In this document: positions 9,103-17,453 of the stretch, piece by piece
Layout: each line of letters opens with the position of its first letter
Numbering within the stretch: the first letter of the stretch is position 1
Virus record (IMG/VR): IMGVR_UViG_3300028601_000031
Span: 8,228 to 72,227 of that record
Strand: one strand, 5' to 3'
DNA: 64,000 bases
Source of the DNA: a virus
Lineage: Duplodnaviria > Caudoviricetes
Program-made: the position numbers and the translations under genes
Notes under the pieces: generated by a model
Database searches by the model: none
Seen by the model: only the letters and a program-made list of their open reading frames with translations
What the model was told of the DNA's origin: nothing

Positions 9103-9618
9103 TTATTTAAAATTTTTCATAACGTATTTAACTACATCATCAATTGTATCCCAACTTTCAATTTCTTTCATACTTATTGTACTTGATAAATATTTATCTA
9201 AATGATCAGATAATTCATATTTATCAATGTTAGACATATATAAATCATCAGTTAAATATATGTATATTGGTTCATCGTTATATAATAAATCATCATTATC
9301 AACAAATGGTTCTAGTTCATCTCTAACTATATCTAATGCTTTTTGGTATGTGATATTGTAAGATTTAAATTCTTTTTTATCTACAATTTTATTATAATTT
9401 TTATCCATATATCCATTATATGTTAAACATCCGATTAACCAATAAATATTAAGATCATTACTAAAAAATTTATCCCCTTGATTATTCGTAATAATATATT
9501 GTTCATCAATAGATTGGTGAACTGTGCATGATTCATTAGATAATATTATATTACCTTTAGGTGTTGTAGATTTCTTAAACCCGTTTAATTCTAAAAAATT
9601 AATAACTTCTTTATACAT
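9103..9618 (-). CDS. Hypothetical protein with C-terminal acyl-carrier-protein-like domain
   Basis: DDLYMSNIDKYEL..LDKYL...ISMKEIESWDTIDDVVKYV resembles ACP helices 2-4. Confidence 0.55.
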   Translation of the reverse strand: MYKEVINFLELNGFKKSTTPKGNIILSNESCTVHQSIDEQYIITNNQGDKFFSNDLNIYWLIGCLTYNGYMDKNYNKIVDKKEFKSYNITYQKALDIVRDELEPFVDNDDLLYNDEPIYIYLTDDLYMSNIDKYELSDHLDKYLSSTISMKEIESWDTIDDVVKYVMKNFK

Positions 9619-9620
9619 AA

Positions 9621-9881
9621 TTATTTAATATTAAAAATTGTTAAATTTTCAATAAATGTACCATCATCATTTATTCTGATAATTTCATTTATTTTTTGCA
9701 TATTAGTAGTGTACTTTGAATAGTTTTCTTCTAATGTTTTAACATCATCAAAGAAAACTGGATAATCATCATAATCCCATGTATCACAAACAGATATTAT
9801 ATATTTATGATTATTCTTTTTTGCTATTTTAATCCAATGATTAACATCTTGTCTTGTTGCTGTCATTTTTAAATATTTCAT
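9621..9881 (-). CDS. Hypothetical protein
   Basis: Operon ORF containing VCDTWDYDDYPVF. Confidence 0.65.
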   Translation of the reverse strand: MKYLKMTATRQDVNHWIKIAKKNNHKYIISVCDTWDYDDYPVFFDDVKTLEENYSKYTTNMQKINEIIRINDDGTFIENLTIFNIK

Positions 9882-10041
9882 TAAGTTTAAATCTTCTTTG
9901 TTTTAATTTACCAATATGATTTAATAAATCTCTATATTCTTCCTGTAATGATAATGAATATGATGCGGGATCACTCCATTTAACATTCATTATTTTCTTT
10001 TTTAAACGAACTCTTTGTTTATGTAAATCATTAAATATCAT
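9841..10041 (-). CDS. Hypothetical coiled-coil protein
   Basis: Operon ORF. Confidence 0.55.
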   Translation of the reverse strand: MIFNDLHKQRVRLKKKIMNVKWSDPASYSLSLQEEYRDLLNHIGKLKQRRFKLNEIFKNDSNKTRC

Positions 10042-10043
10042 AA

Positions 10044-10289
10044 TTATCTTTGAAATATTGAAATAATTATACTTATAGTCATAAATAATATAACAATCGA
10101 TATAAATGCTATAGGAATATACATAATTTTCAATAGAATATCATAACCATTTATGTTATATGATATTGTTAGTGTTATAATTAAAAATAATGATATTAAT
10201 AGTTTAATACCTATATTTTTTTTAATTGCGTTTATTATTTTATCCATATTATTTAATATATTTTTCAGAGTATTCAAATCGAATACCAT
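10044..10289 (-). CDS. Small membrane protein
   Basis: Two hydrophobic segments. Confidence 0.55.
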   Translation of the reverse strand: MVFDLNTLKNILNNMDKIINAIKKNIGIKLLISLFLIITLTISYNINGYDILLKIMYIPIAFISIVILFMTISIIISIFQR

Positions 10290-10869
10290 TAATTTTCATT
10301 TCTTCTATGTGTGGTTTAATATCATTTGTTATGAATTGAGTAGCATCTAATACTAAAGTAGTATCAAATCCCTCATTTATACTATCAATAGCAGTATATT
10401 TAACACAAAAATCACCAGCTAATCCACATATAATAGTTTCTGTTACATTTTTTTCTTTAAGAAATTCCGATAAACCTGTTGAATTTTTATGATCATTATC
10501 AAAAAAAGCAGAATAACTGTCAACATCAGAATTCATTCCTTTTTTAAAAATATAAGAATTTGGCATTCCTATAATAATATCATCATGTATATCTGAACCT
10601 CTTGTATTTTGAACACAATGGTCTGGCCAAAGAACTTGTTGAATTCCATTTAAATTAACAATATCAAAAACGTTTTTGTTTTCGTATTGTGATGCAAACG
10701 ATTTATGATCAGATGGATGCCAATCTTTAGTAAAAATAATAATATCAAATTCTCCTTTTTGCGTTAAATCATTTATGATTGGTATGATTTTATTACTATC
10801 TTTTACTTCTAGATTTCCTCCTTCGAGAAAATCATACTGTACGTCAACTACAATTAGTGCTTTTTTCAT
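10249..10869 (-). CDS. pncA: Nicotinamidase/pyrazinamidase
   Basis: ALIVVDVQYDF..GG.L, KDWHP..H.SF, WPDHCVQ, KG....DSYSAF, GLAGDFCV. Confidence 0.93.
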   Translation of the reverse strand: MKKALIVVDVQYDFLEGGNLEVKDSNKIIPIINDLTQKGEFDIIIFTKDWHPSDHKSFASQYENKNVFDIVNLNGIQQVLWPDHCVQNTRGSDIHDDIIIGMPNSYIFKKGMNSDVDSYSAFFDNDHKNSTGLSEFLKEKNVTETIICGLAGDFCVKYTAIDSINEGFDTTLVLDATQFITNDIKPHIEEMKINGIRFEYSEKYIK

Positions 10870-10897
10870 AATATGTAATATTTAATTGTTAATATTT

Positions 10898-11485
10898 TTA
10901 TTTTTTAATTTTTAATGTATATATCATATCTTTTAACCTTGATGATATTAGTTCCTCACCTATTAAATCAATTTCTGCTAATAATTCAGATCTTTCTTGC
11001 GATGATATTTCAGATTTTAATTTAATTTTACTAATTAAATCTCGAATTTTATCTTTTGATTTTATTTTTTCTTCTTTTGATATTTGATAACTTTCATTTT
11101 CTAGTAAATTATGTCTAATATCATGAATATTAGACATAAAGGTTTTACATGGACAATCTACAATAGTATTATATTCTGTTAAAACTCTAACACATCCATC
11201 AATCATATCCATTATAATATTTTGATTTGATGTAATAATTCTAAATTCATCATTAGATTTACTATTACATATCATAGATATAAATTGTCTTAATTGTGGG
11301 ATAGAAAGTTCTCTTTCTGGAAATAAAAAAGTACTTGGTGTATATTTTATTATATTTTCTAATTGATTATAAGTATGATAAGGTGCAACAATGCACTTTA
11401 TTATCTTACCATTATACATGGTTTTTGATAATTTTTCTTGTTCTGGTGTTAAATCAAATAAATTTTCTGGTATTGTCAAATTCAT
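10898..11485 (-). CDS. Hypothetical protein
   Basis: Long ORF downstream of a promoter. Confidence 0.7.
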   Translation of the reverse strand: MNLTIPENLFDLTPEQEKLSKTMYNGKIIKCIVAPYHTYNQLENIIKYTPSTFLFPERELSIPQLRQFISMICNSKSNDEFRIITSNQNIIMDMIDGCVRVLTEYNTIVDCPCKTFMSNIHDIRHNLLENESYQISKEEKIKSKDKIRDLISKIKLKSEISSQERSELLAEIDLIGEELISSRLKDMIYTLKIKK

Positions 11486-11502
11486 AATTTTTTTTATTTA
11501 TA

Positions 11503-11533
11503 CAAATTTAATAAATATATTTAAATATACAAA
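11503..11533 (-). promoter_or_regulatory. Bacteroidota promoter (TTTG-N19-TAAATTTG) driving the pncA operon
   Basis: Both consensus elements present. Confidence 0.65.
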
Positions 11534-11537
11534 ATTA

Positions 11538-12425
11538 TTAATAAAGTTTATTGTTAATAATATAATTTAAAACATCTCTATTCATATATTTTAATAATTC
11601 ATCATAATTACTACCATCGTTATAAAAAATTTTTAATTTATCTCTTATAAGTGTTGATGATACTTCTATAATTTTATTTTCATCTTTTAGATAAATATGA
11701 GGATAATTTAAATACCAATTTACAAATTCGTCTCTTTTTATACCTGTTCTTGGAATAACAACAAATTGAATTAATCTTTCTAATTCTTCATAATTAACCC
11801 ATTTATCAAAAGTATTTGCATTATCCATTCCTATAATTAATGAAAAATTATGTTTTTCTGTTAATTCTTTTTCTTCTTTTAATCTTTTAACAAAATTATA
11901 AGTGGCACCTGATAATTGATTATCAATTTCATAAGGAAATACTTTGATTCTATCATCTACTTTAGATGCAATTTCACACATATTTAATCTGTGTTCAGAT
12001 GATACCATTTCTTTATTGTACATATGTTTAAACGCAGGCATTAACCATACTTCATCAAATTCTCTTGATGTGTTTAAAACAAATTGTGCAGTTTGTATAT
12101 GTCCTTGGGTAATAGGGTTAAACGCCCCGCCAAATATAGCAACTTTTAATTTTCTACCAAGTGATTTATATTGTAATGATCTAGAATTTATTTTTTCTAT
12201 ATTATTTTGTATCAATTCATCTATTGTCCATCCACTTTCATTACATAATTGAATTAATGATGATAATAAGTCACCTGTTTCTTCTTTCAAATTGTGAATA
12301 TCTGACCATTTCATTAACTCAAAAAATTCTTTTTGAATATCATTTAATCTTTCGGTTAAAGGTGTATATCCAAAATTTTGTTTATATGTATTATTAATTA
12401 ATTTTTGTAATTTATTGGTTTCCAT
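11538..12425 (-). CDS. nadD: MazG-like NTP pyrophosphatase fused to nicotinate-nucleotide adenylyltransferase
   Basis: N-terminal KEFFEL...LKEETGDLL...NIEKINSR (MazG-like); C-terminal AIFGGAFNPITQGH, IIGMDN, VSSTLIR (NadD). Confidence 0.88.
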   Translation of the reverse strand: METNKLQKLINNTYKQNFGYTPLTERLNDIQKEFFELMKWSDIHNLKEETGDLLSSLIQLCNESGWTIDELIQNNIEKINSRSLQYKSLGRKLKVAIFGGAFNPITQGHIQTAQFVLNTSREFDEVWLMPAFKHMYNKEMVSSEHRLNMCEIASKVDDRIKVFPYEIDNQLSGATYNFVKRLKEEKELTEKHNFSLIIGMDNANTFDKWVNYEELERLIQFVVIPRTGIKRDEFVNWYLNYPHIYLKDENKIIEVSSTLIRDKLKIFYNDGSNYDELLKYMNRDVLNYIINNKLY

Positions 12426-12813
12426 ATAATATTTTTTGAATTTTATTTTTTCTGTCTCTCATTTTAATATAGTCATTTATATCCATTTTACTCTGATTGT
12501 ATAATCGTTTATCATATTCTATTTTATTAAGTAAATTAGATATTTTTTCATTTATACTATCTAAATCATCTTCAAATTCAGTAACATTTATAATATTATT
12601 ATTAATATTAAATAATGTAAGTTTGTTATTTATTATTGATCTGAATACATGTATACACATTATATAAAAATCATGCATATTATTTTCTTCATTTTCAACT
12701 TTAAAATTAAATGCAATTTGATCTATATTATCATCAATAATACATCTATATACTTTTACTAAAAAATCGTTTTCTATTTTTTGAATCATATTATTTAGTT
12801 TTACATAACCCAA
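12412..12813 (-). CDS. Hypothetical protein with C-terminal RxxKIxxI tag
   Basis: Ends ...RKNKIQKILYGNQ. Confidence 0.65.
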   Translation of the reverse strand: MGYVKLNNMIQKIENDFLVKVYRCIIDDNIDQIAFNFKVENEENNMHDFYIMCIHVFRSIINNKLTLFNINNNIINVTEFEDDLDSINEKISNLLNKIEYDKRLYNQSKMDINDYIKMRDRKNKIQKILYGNQ

Positions 12814-13196
12814 AATTCACCATTAACAATAATTTTTTTATTATATAATGGTTCTTTGAATTTATTTAATTCATTTTGTTTTAATCCCCAATCTTGTAAA
12901 CAGTAAAATAATTGTTTAAGATATGTATATCTATATTCATCATTGTAAAAATTACAAGATAAAATATGATTATTTTTTAATTTATCCAAACTAGGTATTC
13001 TGAAAATATTAGTATTAGTTATTTTACCATTTCCTTGTGAATATATTACAAACCCATTATGAATATGTAAGTCAAATGGATTATTTATTTTTCCACTATA
13101 AGATAGATATCTTTTATCCCAATGAATTATAGTTATTTCTAATCCATATTCTTGATTACCAGTTAATTTTATTTTTAGTACAAATTTATTATTCAT
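12801..13196 (-). CDS. Hypothetical protein, paralog of 13209..13610
   Basis: Shared F.I.S..FR.P..R...LK.L...LQ.W...FW pattern. Confidence 0.7.
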   Translation of the reverse strand: MNNKFVLKIKLTGNQEYGLEITIIHWDKRYLSYSGKINNPFDLHIHNGFVIYSQGNGKITNTNIFRIPSLDKLKNNHILSCNFYNDEYRYTYLKQLFYCLQDWGLKQNELNKFKEPLYNKKIIVNGEFWVM

Positions 13197-13208
13197 ATTT
13201 AATAAATT

Positions 13209-13610
13209 TTATTTAATAAACCAATAATTATCAACAAATTCAACATTATTGTTATTAATGTCTGAGTAATTATTAATAAATATTTTTTTATCACATGACC
13301 ATGTTTGTAAAGAATCATATAATTTTTTTAATCCGATTTTTCTTTTTTCGTCAGTAATATAATCATGTGTATGTATTATTTTCATATTATTATTCATATA
13401 ACCAGGAAATCTAAAATAATTCTCACAAAATACAAAATACATACTTGACCATATACAAAAATTATTTTTCTTATTCCTATGTACAACAATATTATAGACA
13501 TCATCATTAGTCAATAATAAAGTATCGTCTAAATATAATATTTCTATTGATACTTTATTATCGCCTATCAAATTTACTTCTAAACAAGCTTTATATGTTT
13601 TTTTATTCAT
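13209..13610 (-). CDS. Hypothetical protein, paralog of 12801..13196
   Basis: Same pattern; preceded by a TAATTTTG promoter at 13615-13622. Confidence 0.7.
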   Translation of the reverse strand: MNKKTYKACLEVNLIGDNKVSIEILYLDDTLLLTNDDVYNIVVHRNKKNNFCIWSSMYFVFCENYFRFPGYMNNNMKIIHTHDYITDEKRKIGLKKLYDSLQTWSCDKKIFINNYSDINNNNVEFVDNYWFIK

Positions 13611-13698
13611 AATACAAAATTAAATAAAATAAATTAATTAACAAAATTATTATTAGAATTATTAAAAATTAATATATATTATAAAAAATATAATTATT

Positions 13699-14451
13699 AT
13701 GTCAGCAGCTCAACAACAAATTAATCAATTAGAAGAAAATATAGAAGAATTAGAAGAAATAATTTATAGATTAACAAAAAAAGAAGAACCAATAGATATA
13801 TGGGAATATTTATTAACACCTAGACAAATTGCTAAAAAAATAATGATAAATAGTGCACCTGTTATACCTACATTAGACGGTGAAGAAATATTACCAGCAG
13901 AAGATATGGAAAAATCAATACATATGGTAGTATATGGTAAATATTTAGTTGGTGATGATGGTATACTAATTGATAATGAAATTAAATATCCTGAATGTGT
14001 AGATAAAAATAGAGCAATTGGAGATGATCATCCTATTTTTAAAGAAAAAATTAAAAATATGAAAAAACAGATAAGAAATTCAATTGAACAAATATCAATT
14101 AAAAAAAACCAATTAAAAGATGCATTTAAACTTGCTGGTCAACAAATTATAACAGGAACTGCTGCTCTTGTTGCATCTGCTACTGTTTTACCAATAGGTG
14201 CTGGTGTTCCTGCATCAATAGCTGCCGTACAAACAATAGTTAGTGCAATAACTGATCTACAATATAAAGTATTAGAAATATTACCATTATTAGGACCTTT
14301 AATAGAGATACCACTTATTATAATGGATGCTGGTATTGCAATAGTATTGGCTGCTATAAATTTAGTATTAACTGCTTTAATAATTGTTATTGGATCTATA
14401 GCAACATTAAAAGAATTAATTGCTCCTTTAATATTAGCTATTGGTGCTTAA
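13699..14451 (+). CDS. Coiled-coil protein with long hydrophobic C-terminal helices (possible virion or membrane protein)
   Basis: Isolated plus-strand ORF, Ala/Ile/Leu-rich C-terminus, upstream TTAATATATA motif. Confidence 0.7.
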   Translation: MSAAQQQINQLEENIEELEEIIYRLTKKEEPIDIWEYLLTPRQIAKKIMINSAPVIPTLDGEEILPAEDMEKSIHMVVYGKYLVGDDGILIDNEIKYPECVDKNRAIGDDHPIFKEKIKNMKKQIRNSIEQISIKKNQLKDAFKLAGQQIITGTAALVASATVLPIGAGVPASIAAVQTIVSAITDLQYKVLEILPLLGPLIEIPLIIMDAGIAIVLAAINLVLTALIIVIGSIATLKELIAPLILAIGA

Positions 14452-14763
14452 TCATTCATTAATTAATTGATTTCTTTTATCTAAATTTTCTAATTTATCT
14501 ACATATTTTTTTAGAATATCACCATGACATGATAATGGATAACACCAACATCCTAATGTTTTATATTTTAATTCATGTAAAGAATTCATTAATTCTTTGT
14601 TATTTAACAAATATTCTTCATATTTTTGAATCGATTCTTGTCTTGTATCAACTTTAAATTCTGCTATTGTATCATTTTTATGTGAATATGGATTTCCCCA
14701 TTTAGAAGGTCTACCTATATAAATATCAAATTTTTCTTTTTTACAATGTACTACTTTACACAT
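14452..14763 (-). CDS. DUF4326-family protein
   Basis: VVHCKKEKFDIYIGRPSKWGNPY...LGCWCYPLSCHGDIL. Confidence 0.8.
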   Translation of the reverse strand: MCKVVHCKKEKFDIYIGRPSKWGNPYSHKNDTIAEFKVDTRQESIQKYEEYLLNNKELMNSLHELKYKTLGCWCYPLSCHGDILKKYVDKLENLDKRNQLINE

Positions 14764-15164
14764 TATATACCATCTTTTATTTTTTTAATTTTTTTAAATC
14801 TTAACTTCAATTTATTAACATATATTTTAGTTAAATTAAAAAATTCATCATCAGTTAACAAACCCTTTTTATTCTTATTGGATAAAATAAAATTTGTTAT
14901 TATATCAATATTTTTATCATTTTCAATATCTTTGACATTAACATGTAACATTATATCACCAGTATTTACAATAATACTACTTAATTTTGTTTTATTAAAT
15001 ATATCTAGATATGATTCATAATAAGAATCACCCTCATTAAAATAACAACCACCAATATCATTTTCTCTGAATTTAACTGGTTTACCAGACATTACCCAAT
15101 TAGCAAAAAATTCATATATAGACTCTTTTTGTTCTTGTGTTAATCTATTTGAATAATCTTTCAT
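14763..15164 (-). CDS. Hypothetical protein with C-terminal RxxKIxxI tag
   Basis: Ends ...LRFKKIKKIKDGI. Confidence 0.65.
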   Translation of the reverse strand: MKDYSNRLTQEQKESIYEFFANWVMSGKPVKFRENDIGGCYFNEGDSYYESYLDIFNKTKLSSIIVNTGDIMLHVNVKDIENDKNIDIITNFILSNKNKKGLLTDDEFFNLTKIYVNKLKLRFKKIKKIKDGI

Positions 15165-15165
15165 A

Positions 15166-15393
15166 TTATTTATTTTTTAATAGTTTGATTATTTTATATT
15201 TTCTTTCAAAAATTTTAAATTTTTCATCTATACATACAGTATCAGATAATTTTGGGTAATCTTTGTAAAAATTATAATATTTTTTTAGAATATCAATATC
15301 AATATCAGTCATAATAGATATGCAGTTAAGTATATTTATACTGCCATCTTTTTTAATTGATTTTGATATTTTATCATTATACATTGATATCAT
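15166..15393 (-). CDS. Small protein with C-terminal RxxKIxxL tag
   Basis: Ends ...ERKYKIIKLLKNK. Confidence 0.6.
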   Translation of the reverse strand: MISMYNDKISKSIKKDGSINILNCISIMTDIDIDILKKYYNFYKDYPKLSDTVCIDEKFKIFERKYKIIKLLKNK

Positions 15394-15587
15394 TTTATTA
15401 TATTATTTAATTTTTCTTTTCTTAGTAATAATTTAATTCTATTTTCATCTCTTTTAATATAATTATAATGATGTAAATAAATACATGGATATTTACCGTA
15501 TATTTTTTTATATTTATCAATAATTAAATCATCTACATTATAAATTGATGAAATGATATCATAATGTAATTTTTTTGTAATACTCAT
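15390..15587 (-). CDS. Small protein with C-terminal RxxKLxxI tag
   Basis: Ends ...LRKEKLNNIIK. Confidence 0.6.
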   Translation of the reverse strand: MSITKKLHYDIISSIYNVDDLIIDKYKKIYGKYPCIYLHHYNYIKRDENRIKLLLRKEKLNNIIK

Positions 15588-15591
15588 AAAT

Positions 15592-16278
15592 TTATTCCCA
15601 TTTGAAAAAATGAACAGGTATTAAATCAACTTCCATACCATTAAAATTTTCAATTAAAATATTATTATCATTATCATCAATAGCAAAAGCAATAATATTG
15701 TCATTTATTGATATTTTAATATTAGGCACATTATTTTTAATATCGTTTATAAAATTAGATACCATATTAGTTGTATCGTCAGTAATAATACCTTTATCAT
15801 CAAAATTTATATCGGGAAATATTTTAATCATATCTCCTATAAATGATGTATTTATAATAATACCATTATAAACTTCAATATTGAATAATGTCATAAGATA
15901 TATAATATTCTTATGATATGTTTTTAATCCAGAAAAAACATAACCAGGTTTATAATATTTAGTTATATAATGTTTAATTATACCATCTAATTCATTATCA
16001 TTAAATACATTTTTTATATAATTATAAAAATTTAATAATTCATCTTTTTTATAATCATTTATATCAATATCATATATAAGATGAAGTAATCTTTTTTTAC
16101 TCTTATCATTGTATTCTTTAATAGATGGGTATTTACCTAAAAATGAACTATATATAATATTTTCAGCTTCTACATTGGATATATCATTTGATGTTTTAAT
16201 TATCCCTTTTTTAGCTTGTTGTTTTTCTATGATTTCTCTAATTTTAGGATTAATATCATATTTTTTCATTAAGTCCAT
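15592..16278 (-). CDS. Hypothetical protein
   Basis: Long operon ORF. Confidence 0.65.
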   Translation of the reverse strand: MDLMKKYDINPKIREIIEKQQAKKGIIKTSNDISNVEAENIIYSSFLGKYPSIKEYNDKSKKRLLHLIYDIDINDYKKDELLNFYNYIKNVFNDNELDGIIKHYITKYYKPGYVFSGLKTYHKNIIYLMTLFNIEVYNGIIINTSFIGDMIKIFPDINFDDKGIITDDTTNMVSNFINDIKNNVPNIKISINDNIIAFAIDDNDNNILIENFNGMEVDLIPVHFFKWE

Positions 16279-16280
16279 AT

Positions 16281-16649
16281 TTATAAGTTTTTATAGTTTT
16301 TTAAAAAATTAATTTCTTCTTTTGTTATAGATTCTAATCCTGATTTTTGTATTTTATATAATATTTCATCTATATCTAATGATTGTATATTATTATAGTT
16401 AATTTTATCATCTTCTCTTAATAAATCATTTTGTCTTTTTATAATACCCTTTAACTCTATTATATAATTTGTTTGTTTATTACAAATATCAATATATTCG
16501 CTATTTTGTTTCATTAATTTTTTAGCAGAATCATATATAGATTCAGATGATTTCATTATTTTTTTAATTGTTAAACTAGTTCTCCATAATCTAATGGATA
16601 GAATAGCAATTATTGAAGATAATATTATTACTAATATATTTAAGTTCAT
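16281..16649 (-). CDS. Membrane-anchored coiled-coil protein with C-terminal DUF6576-like helix pair
   Basis: N-terminal TM segment; C-terminal IDEILYKIQKSGLESITKEEINFL. Confidence 0.65.
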   Translation of the reverse strand: MNLNILVIILSSIIAILSIRLWRTSLTIKKIMKSSESIYDSAKKLMKQNSEYIDICNKQTNYIIELKGIIKRQNDLLREDDKINYNNIQSLDIDEILYKIQKSGLESITKEEINFLKNYKNL

Positions 16650-16661
16650 TTAAAATTATTT

Positions 16662-17042
16662 TTAGATATTAACAATTTGTTTTTCTGTTGGTTCTACTAC
16701 TTTTAATGGCACAAATAAATCATAACCATTATCATCTTCCATATGATTTATTTTATCAATTGACCAATGACCAAATTTATTTCTCATATAAAGAAATTTA
16801 TCACCATCCCATTTAGCAACACTGGCATTTCTACACCTACCTAAATAGTAATTACCAATAATTAAATCTTTTTTCGGTATAACACCTTTACTAAAAAGTT
16901 CATTGTACATAGATTCTGGTATTGGTTTAGGTAAACGACCAACTTTATAATAATTAGTTTCGTCAAATTTTTCAATATTTGGATAATGTATCATGTTTAA
17001 AATGTTTAAATACAAAAATAATAAATAAATTTTAAATATCAA
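16662..17042 (-). CDS. Hypothetical phage protein (true start probably at internal MIHYP)
   Basis: GRCRNASVAKWDG...HMEDDNGYDLFVP. Confidence 0.65.
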   Translation of the reverse strand: MIFKIYLLFLYLNILNMIHYPNIEKFDETNYYKVGRLPKPIPESMYNELFSKGVIPKKDLIIGNYYLGRCRNASVAKWDGDKFLYMRNKFGHWSIDKINHMEDDNGYDLFVPLKVVEPTEKQIVNI

Positions 17043-17045
17043 AAC

Positions 17046-17342
17046 TTATTCATTATTATCGTCATCTTTTTTTCTTGTTCTTGTATTTTTTTGTGTATCT
17101 TCTTTTTGTGTATCTTCTTTACAGATGAACAGTTGATAAAGTTCTAGTATTCTACTTATATCACCATATTCTTTTAAGAATTTCTCATGTGAACTTGCTA
17201 TAATAAGCGGATCTACTGTTATTTTACCTTTATGTGATTTATATGCATCATGTAATATCATATATTCTTCTGTTAAGAATTTAACTTTTTCTACTAATAA
17301 TTCAATTAAGTTCGATTGTTCTATTTCAATTTTATTCTTCAT
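17046..17342 (-). CDS. Hypothetical protein
   Basis: Operon ORF. Confidence 0.6.
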   Translation of the reverse strand: MKNKIEIEQSNLIELLVEKVKFLTEEYMILHDAYKSHKGKITVDPLIIASSHEKFLKEYGDISRILELYQLFICKEDTQKEDTQKNTRTRKKDDDNNE

Positions 17343-17453
17343 AATATTTTTTATTTTATTTTAGTGTAAAATTATTATTAAGTTTTTAATATATAATAAC
17401 AAAAATAAATGGTATAATATTTGTTTTATAATTATTAAAAAAAAACAAAAATT

